A stretch of DNA of 43,676 bases, taken from Reclinomonas americana ATCC 50394 (Eukaryota). Each line of letters opens with the position of its first letter. Position 1 is the stretch's first letter. Positions 12,801-22,871 of the stretch are shown one piece after another. The stretch covers positions 190,422-234,097 of the forward strand of contig PS015049.1 of NCBI GenBank assembly GCA_048213135.1, in the 5' to 3' direction. Under the pieces are notes generated by a model. It saw only the letters and a list, made by a program, of their open reading frames with translations, did no database searches and was not told the origin of the DNA. The position numbers and the translations under genes were made by a program.

Positions 12801-13151
12801 GTTGACCACGTGACCACCGCGCTCAGTGACGAGCACCATTGATAAATCGTCATCCGCTTGCAATTGCTCACCAGCAGCAGCAGCATCAGCGGGGACGAGG
12901 AATCGCGACAAGCCCGGGTCCTCCTCGCACACAATCGACAGCACCATTTCCAGTGGGAAGTCGGCGGGGAACTCCATGCCAGTCTGAATGGCCTCGGCTG
13001 GCTTGCCCGCAATGTTGTGCTGATGGGCGACATCTCCAACCTGCTCCTCCTCCTCTTGTTCTTCTTCGTCTCCGTCCCGCATTTGCCGGTTCACGGCAGC
13101 CACCACGGCGGGTGGCAGGAGGTCGGGCGACACGATGCGAAGGCGGATCAT
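3834..13151 (-). CDS. Bacterial-type alpha-2-macroglobulin (Ig-like N-terminal domains, MG domains, TED, MG10) with inserted ubiquitin and ubiquitin-like domains; many exons; interrupted by gap 6106-6265
   Basis: Exon fragments match bacterial A2M motifs in order: [108 protein letters not shown]...[15 protein letters not shown] (TED), [50 protein letters not shown]. The start codon is inferred. Confidence 0.88.
6106..6265. other. Assembly gap inside the A2M gene (other gaps: 228-937, 2890-2909, 3488-3731, 35839-36346, 37765-38231, 39790-40436)
   Basis: Runs of N. Confidence 1.
6292..6731 (-). other. Ubiquitin domain embedded in the alpha-2-macroglobulin (exon segments 6731-6708, 6611-6513, 6437-6408, 6327-6292; C-terminus runs into the gap)
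   Basis: Spliced translation [63 protein letters not shown]. All introns are phase 0 GT..AG. There is no initiator Met, and the first strand shares an exon with A2M sequence (AVLRLISND...VYVFGSS). Confidence 0.95.
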
Positions 13152-13525
13152 GAATGTTTCTCTCTCTCACTCGGAATAATGATTCGTTGTTGTGTGTTCG
13201 ACATGACAAGACGGACAACGAAGAGACTTGTCTTGACACTCGTGGACGGCAGTTGAGTGTAACTGCAGCAACTTGCTCTCCTCGAGCATTGTTCATATGC
13301 GGCTCTCTTCCACAGGCATGCCCGTTGTTACTGCACTGCGATCTTGCGCGCACGAAGTCGCAAGTGCAACACAAGCTTAAGAGGAGCCACAAGTCGACCA
13401 CGACTTCAGCTTCCGTATCATGGAGGCTGTAGCGCTCATTGCTGCAGCAACAGGCGTGTGTTCCAACCACGCCATCATGAGACAACTGCGACCAGTTTCT
13501 TGCTGACTTCGAACACGAACGCTGT

Positions 13526-15118
13526 TCACCATTCCTCACGATTGCCAACAACAAACACCTGCATCTCGGCATCCTCCAAGATAAAGCAACGCAGCACGAA
13601 TCGCGGCAACGGCTCCATGCCAATGCCGCTGTCCTCGTCGATCTCGTCCATCTGCAGCGCCTCCACAGCCAGTTTAGCCGACTTCAACTCTCGCGCAATC
13701 AACGCCTGTTCACTCTGTTGCCCTGCAGCACGAGGCAGATGAGCAGCACCATCACCTTTGCAAGTACACACCACGCAGTACCGCACCGGCATCCCACACG
13801 CGCACTGTGCGATCCTCCGACACGCTGACAACACGACCCTGGCGCACAAACGCAACATCGGTCACGTGGCGATTGTGTCCGTGCATGGCATGCGAAATGC
13901 TCTGGAACAGGTCTCCGTGGCGAGTCCACACGCGGGCAATGTACCCTGCGGTCGTGCGCACAGTCAGCACAAAGGGCGAGAGAGTATCAACGGGGACACG
14001 CTGCGCACCTTGAATACCCAACACATGGCGGCCGTTGCGAGACACTTGCAGCGATGATGGACGGTGGCTGTGGTAACTCGACGGCTGAAACCAATCCACC
14101 AGAACCTCTCCATTCGACATGTCATACTCTGTAAAGTGCAGCCTGTGGTTCTCCCCCTCAGCGTCGACAGCCATCAGCTGGTGCGCCTCACACCCAATGG
14201 TTGTGCACGAACTGAATTGGGCCACCGTGCTGCTGACTGCGTGCACCTTCACGGCCGCGGAGTGGCCGTCGGTCTCCAGGCGCCAGAATGACAGCGTGCT
14301 CTGGTCTCCGAGCATCGCCATGAAGCGGCTGTCGGCCGATATGTGAACAGACCGCGCATTGGCAACGGACAGCTTGTACAACTCCAAGCCGTCACTCAAA
14401 CGCAGCAACGAGACGCCCTCCGCCGAGGCCACCGCAACCATGGCCAAGGTGTCGTCAGCGGGCAGCGTCAACCCGCAGGCAATCGCGTGCACTCTGCTCG
14501 GAGCCCTGGGCGTCGACCGCGCGCCGCAAGCCGGCCGCGACAGCCGCTGCACCACGTGAGTCAGCGAGGGGCAAAAAGTGAACGATTTACGTACAACGTG
14601 GTACTGTTTGAGCATACAGAAGGCACATCGTGGACGATTTCGCGACACTGACAGTCGACTGAACGTCGTTGCGGGTTTGCAGTGCGACGTTGTTGCACAT
14701 GCTCCGTGTCCACCAACCACAGACGCGCACAGTTCTCTGGATGCATGCAGCCGACCAGCAAGCGCAGCAGCTGCCCATCTCCTTGTCGGCCACTCGGAGG
14801 AGGCACAAACAGCAGGTGCGTGGCGCTGCATTCGGGATCGCGGAGCACGCCCACACGAGTCCACTCGGCGCCACTGCGCCACACAAACACATGGATGCCG
14901 TCGCCACACGAGGTCGCCATTGAGTACCCATCCGTGGAGACTGCCACGCAGCGAATGCAGTGGCGCAGCTTGCACAGCACAGTGTGTGGTGTGCGCATGT
15001 TTGTGTGAATGCGTCGTGAAGAGCAAGTCTCGTCAAAGAAGCTGTCATCGCTGTCACTTCCACCGCCACTACCATCGTCTTTCGTGGGAGCAGGTGAGCG
15101 GGAACGAGAGGCACCCAT
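13526..15118 (-). CDS. WD40-repeat protein (paralog A), possible N-myristoylation (MGASRS)
   Basis: WD-like repeats CIRCVAVSTDGYSMATSC, ARSVHISADSRFMAMLGDQSTLSFWRL and HGHNRHVTDVAFVRQGRVVSVSEDRTVRVWD. Tail exon contains EPLPRFVLRCFILEDA. The 3' end is uncertain. Confidence 0.75.
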
Positions 15119-15197
15119 GGCGCATACACTCGACCACAAGAAGCGACGGAAGAAGAGTGACTCACGTCTGTCCTTGAGCTCAGTCGTCCCCGCTGCG

Positions 15198-16697
15198 ATG
15201 AGTGCCTGTGAGCGCACGTTCTCCAGTCGCCCGGCCATCATCTCGCTCTCTGTGCACTCTGCGAGTGGACTGGTGGCGACCTCGTGCACCGATCATGTGG
15301 TGCGCCTGTACGATCTGCACAGTGGCGAGTGTGTGTGCGATCACATCGAGTCGCGCACACGTGCACTCATTGCGCAGGTGCACTTCTCGCCCGTGTCGGT
15401 GCTGAGTGGCTCCGATGTGTGGCTGGTGTGTGGCATGTTTGGGGTCATTGAGGTGTGGCATGTGATTGAGCGGCAGCAGCGACAACCGCGACTGGCGTGG
15501 ACTGTGAACGACACCGAGTCGTTTGCGGGTGTGTGCTGTCTGGCCATGACGCACGATCAGGAGCTGGTGTTTAGTGGCTCCGAGGACAATGGAGTGGTGT
15601 ATGCGTGGGCACGCGATCCGGTGGTGCGGGCGAGTGGCACGTGGATACGCACGTATGGGACCACTCGCACGGTGGGCGTGATTGAGGCCGTGTATGCACT
15701 GGCGGTGAGCCAAGACGACCGGTTACTGGTGTCGGGGACGTGCTTTGGGTCGATTGTGGTGTGGGACATTGAGTCGGGCCTCGCGGTGCGCCGCATGGAC
15801 AACAGGATTCACGTGTGGTCGCTGGCCGTCACTGAGCGCGAGCCCGACGAGTTGCTGGTGGTCAGCGCACACGACGATCAGCGGATACGCGTGTGGGAGC
15901 TGGCGACGGGCACGCAACTGAGTGAACTGTGCAGCGATAGCGAGTGGGTGTCGTCGGTGGCCATGTCGATCGATGGCACTCATGCCGCCAGTGGATCGGA
16001 AGGTATCGCAACAGAAAGGGAGACGATCAGATGTAGTTGGCTCACTCTCTTTATATGGCAGACGGCACGGTGTATGTGTGGCGGCTGAGCCCACCGGCTC
16101 AGGTGGCCGTCTTGCGCGGTCACACGAAATGCGTATGTGGCGTGGCGTTTCTGCCCGACGATCGCATCGTCAGTGCCTCGCGCGACGGCACTGCGCGACT
16201 GTGGGCGGGCGGTGCGTCCCTTGTTTGTGCTGTTATCTTGCCTTCGCCAACAATGTCTCATGCTTCCTCTCTTGTGCACTGCAGTGTGGAGCACGCGGTG
16301 GTGTGCACAGCAAGAGTGGGCCACCAGCATCCGTGCCGTGCACGCACTCCCTTCTTCCTGCGACGACAGCGGAGAACCTCTGCCACGGCTCGTACTGCGC
16401 TGCTTCTTGCTCGAGGACGCACGACTGGTGGCACTCGCGGAAGGAGGTGTGGCTGGCATTGCACACATACATCCACACACACGCTGACTGCTTGACACAG
16501 TGACCACCGAGCCGGCGATCGAAGCATCAAGGGAGGAGCTCGAGCAGGAGCTAGACGCGGCTCTGTGTCGCGAAGACGAGTGGCGTGAACGACTGCTGCT
16601 CACCGAGCGCGAGTTGGACGCCGCGCAACAACAAGTGCGCGAACTGCGCGATCAACTGGCTCGACTGCAACAATCATCATCACTAGCCACCGTGTAA
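15198..16697 (+). CDS. WD40-repeat protein with C-terminal coiled coil (paralog B)
   Basis: Multiple WD repeats (e.g. [58 protein letters not shown]). Tail [16 protein letters not shown], then a heptad-rich last exon 16500-16697. Confidence 0.85.
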
Positions 16698-17114
16698 TGT
16701 AGAGATGAATGTCACTGTATCACCATCGGCCAGCTCTGCGTCGATGCCGCCGAGGATCTCCCAGTCGCAGTCGTTGATGACCACGAGAATGCCCGGGCGA
16801 CTGATTGATGCAGTGTCAGAGCAACCAAAGATAGTCGCTCACTGCGCCCTCCCATCCCTGACTCTCTCTCTCTCTCACACACAGAGAGGGACAGGGAGGA
16901 GCACGCAACACTGTGTTGGCAGCGGCAAACAACTCGCGTCTCTCACGAATCATCACATCGCGCACATGCGCAATTAGCTGTCGAATGCCGCTCTTGCTGG
17001 CTTCTTCCTCACCACCCTCCGTCTCCAGTGTCACATCGGCCTTGGTCACACCGCCAAGAAGCAGCTCAAGACCGCCACTGAGAGAGAGAGAGAGAGAGTG
17101 AGAGAGAGACGATG

Positions 17115-17149
<35 letters not shown>

Positions 17150-17186
17150 AACGCAACACAAACTCTACGTGCAGTCGACACGGCAT
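16683..17186 (-). CDS. URM1: Ubiquitin-related modifier 1, 3 exons
   Basis: [19 protein letters not shown]...[51 protein letters not shown] carries the diagnostic Urm1 motifs and a C-terminal GG. Confidence 0.95.
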
Positions 17187-17275
17187 CTCTCTCTGTGCGT
17201 GTGCGTGTGTGTGAGTGTTGCAGTGAGTGCTTGCAATTTCGTTTTCCTTCCCGCGCGCACTTTCCCTCGCTCTGC

Positions 17276-18881
17276 ATGGCCAGCACGCGAGGGGCACTGC
17301 TCCTCTTGCTATGCACTCTCGTCTTTGTACTTCTCACGCAATGCGCACATGTGCTGAGCTTCAGCAGTGAGTGACATGCGGAAAACAAACTGCGCGCATT
17401 GATGTGTTCATGCTGACTCTTCCTTCTCTTCCTTTCCCAGTCAAGTACCGCGCATTCACCTCTGCATACGAGGAAGTGAGTTGCTGGTCCCTCTTATCCC
17501 CTTCCCCTGTGCTCTCTGTCTCTCACACGCGCGCACATGCAGAAACGACGATGTTGGTGCCCCGACGAGTCAATGCCAGTGAGTACGCGTCTGTGTGGCA
17601 ACCTCACGTGGTGCGCACTGGATCGAGAGACCGGGCGCATGCTGCTGTTCAAGTGCGTCGAGAGGGAACTGTCTGTGGCCGACATGCGGCGCTCCGGGGA
17701 GGCGTTCACCCCGATCAATGGCGCGTGGGTGCTGGCGTCGCCCGAGGAGCAGCAGCAGGCGAACGAGGTGTGTCCGTCGGTGCAAGAGAGCCTCCAAGAG
17801 TGGGTGAGTGTCGTTCTCCGAGTGGTGTTTCCCTGTGACAGGCGTGCAACTCATCGCGTGTACACAGTCGGTCGAAGATGGACACGGTTGGGTCTCTCGT
17901 CCATTCATACTCGCTCAGCGCTCTGCTCCTTCCTGACTCTCCAGCGCGCTTGCAGCCCTCAGCAATATTCCATTCATGGTATCGGCGCCGGTGTCTGTAA
18001 ACGGCGTCGTTGAGTCGGCTGTGGTGGGCTCCGGCTTAGTCACGCCGTCGTTAATGACAGACGACAGTCCGCCGCCGAGCGTTTCCTGCCTGATGATCTC
18101 GTCGCGCCCGGAGCGGCTGGCCTTTGCGGCGCGCGCCATCTACATGTACATGCAACAGTCGTATTCGGCACGAGAGCTGGTGATTGTGGTGTCGCCCGAG
18201 AGCGCACCAGGCCTCGAGCGTGTGCTGCAGGTGGTGGTGGGCGATTTCGGAAAGCAGCGTCGAGCCGGCATTCGCGTGGTGACCATGACAGATGCCAAGT
18301 CGCAGACACTTGGCGACATGCGCAACCTATCGGTGCGCGAGGCCACTGGCGACTACGTGATGGTGTGGGACGACGACGACGTGTACGACCGCGATCGCAT
18401 CCTTGTGCAACTGTCGACCGTCATCATCGTGCGCCAGTATCAAGAGTACGAGAACGGCGGCTTCCCACCACTGTCGGCCTGCCTGTTACGCCGCCAGCAG
18501 TTCATGCAGCCTCGTGTATCGCCATCACTCCACATGACCCAACACCGCGGCTGGGAGAATTCGCTGCTGTGCTTGCGCTCGCAGATGCCCACGTACCCCT
18601 CGCTGGATCGAAGAGAGGACAGAGAGGCAGTGGAGCAGCTTTGGATACAGAGTACCGTACTGGTGATTGACGCACCGACGCTGTACACGTACATGTATCA
18701 CGGTGACAACACGTGGGGCAGCGAGCACTTCTACCACATCTGGGAGAGCTCATCGGTGACCTTTGACGGTGAATCGGCGGCGCAACTGGTGGCGCAGACC
18801 CAGCGACGTGCCGGACTCGACAACGAGTGGAGAATACCCGGCGAGCTGGGGACGACAGTGGAACGACTGCTGCTGCAATGA
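17276..18881 (+). CDS. Glycosyltransferase family 2-like protein with N-terminal signal peptide/anchor (copy 1)
   Basis: Hydrophobic N-terminus MASTRGALLLLLCTLVFVLL. GT-A motifs PSVSCLMIS, QQSYSARELVIV, TLGDMRNLSVREATGDYVMVWDDDDVYDRDRI and LYTYMYHGDNTW. Confidence 0.88.
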
Positions 18882-18921
18882 AAGTAGTGTGTCGTGCCCA
18901 TCTATCTCCAAGCCGCAAGCA

Positions 18922-18993
18922 ATGGGGGAAGGCAGTGCCTTGGCAGTCTGCGGCTGAATGCTCGGTGCGCGCGTTCAGTGGAAATGTTCCGGT
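18922..18993 (+). pseudogene. Truncated 5' fragment of the COMM-domain gene
   Basis: MGEGSALAVCG* followed by cagtggaaatgttcc, matching the intact gene start at 20951 (MAEGSALAVY...cagtggaaaagttcc). It has a premature stop and is cut at the duplication junction. Confidence 0.75.
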
Positions 18994-18994
18994 G

Positions 18995-19170
18995 TTCAGT
19001 CAGTTGCCGAATGCCACTCTTGCTGACCTCTTCCTCGCCCTCCGTCTCCAGTGTTTCATCGGCCTTGCCAAGAAGCAGCTCAAGACCGCCACTGTGTGAG
19101 GGAATGAGCCATGAACGAGTCTGTATGTTCATGCAACTCAATATGGACTGTACGTGCATTCGACACGTAT
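18995..19170 (-). pseudogene. Truncated URM1 copy
   Basis: [30 protein letters not shown] matches URM1 exon 2 with small deletions. The start-codon region is degenerate (atacgtgtcga versus atgccgtgtcga), and the 3' half including LHGG is absent. Confidence 0.85.
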
Positions 19171-19290
19171 TATCTCTGATCTCTCCGGAGCTCCCGCTCT
19201 CTCTTATCGAGCTCTGCCTGCAATTTCGTTCTTCCCGCCAGCATAAATTTTGTATTGATCGTGCGCGCGCGCCTCTCTCCCTCGCTCTGC

Positions 19291-20887
19291 ATGGTCAGCA
19301 CGCGAGGAGCTCTGCTCCTCCTGCAGTGCACTCTCGCGTTTGTGCTTCTCACACAATGCGCACATGTGCTGAGTTTCAGCAGTGAGTGAATGCGGAAAAC
19401 AAACTGCATTGCGTTCATGCTGACTCTTCCTTCTCTCCCTCTCCCAGCCAAATACCGCGCATTCACCTCTGCATACGAAGAAGTGAGTCACTGTTCTCTC
19501 TTATCCTCTCCCCCTGTGCTCTTTCTCACACATGCGTGCAGAAACGACGATGTTGGTGTCCCGACGAGTCCATGCCGCGGAGTACGCGTCTGTGTGGCAA
19601 CCTCACGTGGTGCGCGCTGGAGCGAGAGACCGGGCGCATGCTGCTCTTCAAGTGCGTCGAGAGGAAACTGTCGGTGGCCGACATGCGGCGCTCGCTCAAG
19701 GCGTACACGCCGATCAATGGTGCGTGGGTGCTGGCATCACCCGAGGAGCAGCAGCAGGCGAGCGAGGTATGTCCGTCGGTGCACGAGAGCCTCCAGGAGT
19801 GGGTGAGTGTCGTCCTCCGAGTCGTGTGTTCTCTGTGGCAGGCGTGCAACTCATCGCGTGTACCCAGTTGATTGAGGATGGACACGGTTGGGTCTCTTGT
19901 TCATTCGTTCTCGCTTGTCGCTCTGCTCCTTCCTGACACTCCAGCGCGCCTGCAGCCCTCGTCGACATCCCGTTCATGGTGTCGGCGCCTTTGTCTGTTG
20001 ACGGTGTTGTCGACAACGCAGTGGTGGCCTCTGGCTTTGTCACGCCGTCGTTGGAGGTCAAGACCGATGCAGACGGCAGCCCGCCGCCGAGCGTCTCCTG
20101 CCTGATGATCTCGTCGCGTCCGGAGCGGTTGGCCTTTGCGGCGCGCGCCATCTACATGTACATGCAGCAGTCGTATCCGGTACGCGAGCTGATGATCGTG
20201 GCCTCGCACGACAGTGCGCCCGGCCTGCAGCGCGTCCTGGAGGTGGTCGTCGGCGACAGCGAGCAGCAGCGACGAGCCGGCATCCGGGTGGCAGTCGCGG
20301 ATGCGACGTCGCAGACACTTGGCGACATGCGCAACCTATCGGTGCGCGAGGCCTCGGGCGACTACGTGATGGTGTGGGACGACGACGACGTGTACGACCG
20401 TGACCGCATCCTCGTGCAACTATCGACAATGATTGTCGCGCGTCGGCATCAGGAGTACGAGGAAAATGGCTTCCCGCCACTGTCGGCCAGCCTGCTGCGC
20501 CGCCTGCAGTTCGCACAGCCCCGCTTGTCGCCGTCGATACACGTGACCCACCAACGCGGCTGGGAGAATTCACTGCTGTGCTTGCGCTCGCAGATGCCCA
20601 CGTACCCCTCGCTGGATCGGAGCGAGGACAAGAGGGCAGTGGAGCAGCTAATGATGCAGAGTACCGTGCTGGTGCTAGAGGCTCCGGTACTGTACACGTA
20701 CATGTCTCACGGCGACAACACGTGGGGCAGCGAGCACTTCAGCCGCATCTGGGAGAGCTCATCGGTGACGTTTGACGGTGAATCGGCGGCGCAGCTGGTG
20801 GCGCAGACCCAACGACGTGCCGGACTCGACAGCGAGTGGAGAATACCCGGCGAGCTGGGGAAGAGCGTGGAACGTCTACTACTATAA
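19291..20887 (+). CDS. Glycosyltransferase family 2-like protein (copy 2)
   Basis: Same exon structure and motifs as 17276-18881 (MVSTRGALLL...; REASGDYVMVWDDDDVYDRDRI). The last exon is an intact ORF. Confidence 0.88.
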
Positions 20888-20950
20888 CAATGAAAGTCCT
20901 GCAATGCATCCTCGGTCCATCCTCGCACATCAATCAACAATCCGCAAGCA

Positions 20951-21578
20951 ATGGCAGAAGGCAGTGCATTGGCAGTCTACGCCTCGACGCTCGACGCGCT
21001 CACAGTGGAAAAAGTTCCGATGGGGGCCGCCATGTCACACACACCGCCCCCTCCTCTTGCGCGTTACTGACCCACTCACATTGCAGCTGCTTCACGAGGC
21101 CGTGGACGCCGTGTGTGGCCACGACACACCACGACCACTCTTCAATGCCGCTCCTCTGCGCGTGCGCGACGATCTTCCGCGCAGTCTCCTCTCGTCCATC
21201 ACCGACGCCACCAGTGACGCCAGCAGCACAGCCGCCGCTCTGCGCGAGGTGTGGACGCGCGTGGTGCTGACTGATCGACGAGAGGACCTGCGAGTGGCCG
21301 CGCGTGAGGCCACTGTGCGCGATCTCTCGTCTGCGCAGTGGTCGCTGGTGGATGTGCACTGGTCCGTGCGTGTGGCGCTGGCCAGTGATACTGTGTGTGG
21401 GCAGCAGGTGCCGCTGGTGTTGGTCAAGTTGCGTCTGCGACGAGCGCAGCGCGGGGACTCGGCGGGCGCCACGGCCGACGAGGAGAGATATGTCACGCTG
21501 GAGATGAAGCGAGAGGAGATGGAGCCGTGGTTGGCGTCGCTGGCGGCCGCCAAGCACGCCCTCGATGAGTTTGCGTGA
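20951..21578 (+). CDS. COMM domain-containing protein (COMMD8-like)
   Basis: C-terminal COMM motif SLVDVHWSVRVALASDTVCGQQVPLVLVKLRL...VTLEMKREEMEPWLASLAAAK. The subfamily assignment is tentative. Confidence 0.85.
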
Positions 21579-21649
21579 GGCCACACATGCGCAACATGTC
21601 ACGGGCACTGCTGCTGTGTTGCAAGTGAAGTCGTGTTTCGTTGTTTTCT

Positions 21650-22826
21650 TTACTCTTCTAGCACAAAAGCCAGTGTGACAATGGCGCTGCCGGTGGCGCC
21701 TCCAAACGTGTACGTGGGATACTTGATGGAGCTCACGAGGCGGAAGCCGTCTGGCCCGAAATCACGCACCAACTCGGCCTCTGTCCAGTTGCACGACGTG
21801 ATCATGAAGACGTGTGGATGGCCTGCGGGGGCAAAGGAACGGAGAATTGTGGATGCTCGTGAGATGTGGGAAGGCTATTGGCATGGTGGAATGCGTGCAG
21901 AGAAAGAACAGGACGGAGTCGTGGCCACAAGAGCTCTCTTCTCTCGTCCGCCACTCACCCACATGCAGCATCCGCTTCACATTCTGGCGGTACAGCTCTC
22001 GGTGCTGTGCGTTGCCACTCAACGAGATCGCATCGTAGGTGCCCTTGTCGTGCACCAGTTGATACTCGAGCTCCTCGTCTGGTGGCAGCGGTCCGTTGAC
22101 AATGTCGAGCGCCTCGAAACGCATCGAGTCCCCCACACCACGCGCCTCGGCATGCTGTCTCGCCAGCTCCACCGCCGGCAAGCTGTAATCCAAGCCCACC
22201 AAATGCTCAAAGCCAAGATCCAACTGTGTTACTCAGTGAGCAGGGTACATGGGGCTGGGGTGCGGTGGGGGGCGGAGGCCACTGACCAACTCGTGCAAGA
22301 AGTGCCCGTTGCCGCACCCGAGATCGGCCACTCGACACTCACCGCGCGCCGGCAAGTAATCCTGCAACTGCTCGTCCACAAAGCGCACTTGCCGAGCCAG
22401 CTTGTCTTCGCCAAACCTGCCCGTTGGAGTGAGTTTTCCTCCCTTCTTCTCTTCCTCCCAACCTGTTACTTACACACCAGACTTCTCCAGCATCGCCTGC
22501 ACGTGTGTGTCGCGAGTGAGCGAGTGGGCGTTGCATGGATGCAATCACTCTCTCTCTCTTCACTCACCCGTGTCTTCAAACGTCTTCAGGTCGCGTCTGT
22601 AGAAGGCGTCCCAGCTGGTGCATGCACACATGGACGCACGCATGCGGTAAGCGAGTTCGTGTATGTATGTGTGTGAGCAAGAGACGACTCACTATTCTTT
22701 TGTTCCGAGGGCGCTGTGCTTGAAATCGCAACTCTCGTCGACCTCGTCCTCATCCTCCTCCGTCGTCGTGTGCTCACTCTCGTCGGCACTCGCCGAGTGC
22801 TTCTCCTCCTCCTCGCTCGCCGACAT
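21650..22826 (-). CDS. EEF1AKMT2: Protein-lysine N-methyltransferase EFM4/EEF1AKMT2 (METTL10)-like
   Basis: SALGTKE, WDAFY, GEVW|FGED, SAM motif VADLGCGNGHFL, GLDYS, VHDKGTYDAISL, ITSCNWTEAEL and YPTYTFGGATGS are the characteristic motif series of this family. Confidence 0.9.
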
Positions 22827-22871
22827 ACCAACAAGTTTCTAAACAATAGGCCACAATACAAATTCATTTCG

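Larger units (their letters stand above)
16970..21020. repeat. Direct tandem duplication of ~2 kb (unit 1 ~16970-18993, unit 2 ~18994-21020)
   Basis: Collinear similarity across exons, introns and intergenic DNA: URM1 5' half, then the GT2 gene, then the COMMD 5' end. Confidence 0.9.

Noticed and set aside
21633-22676. 347-aa plus-strand ORF
   Set aside because: It is the antisense shadow of the methyltransferase gene and has no protein-family features.
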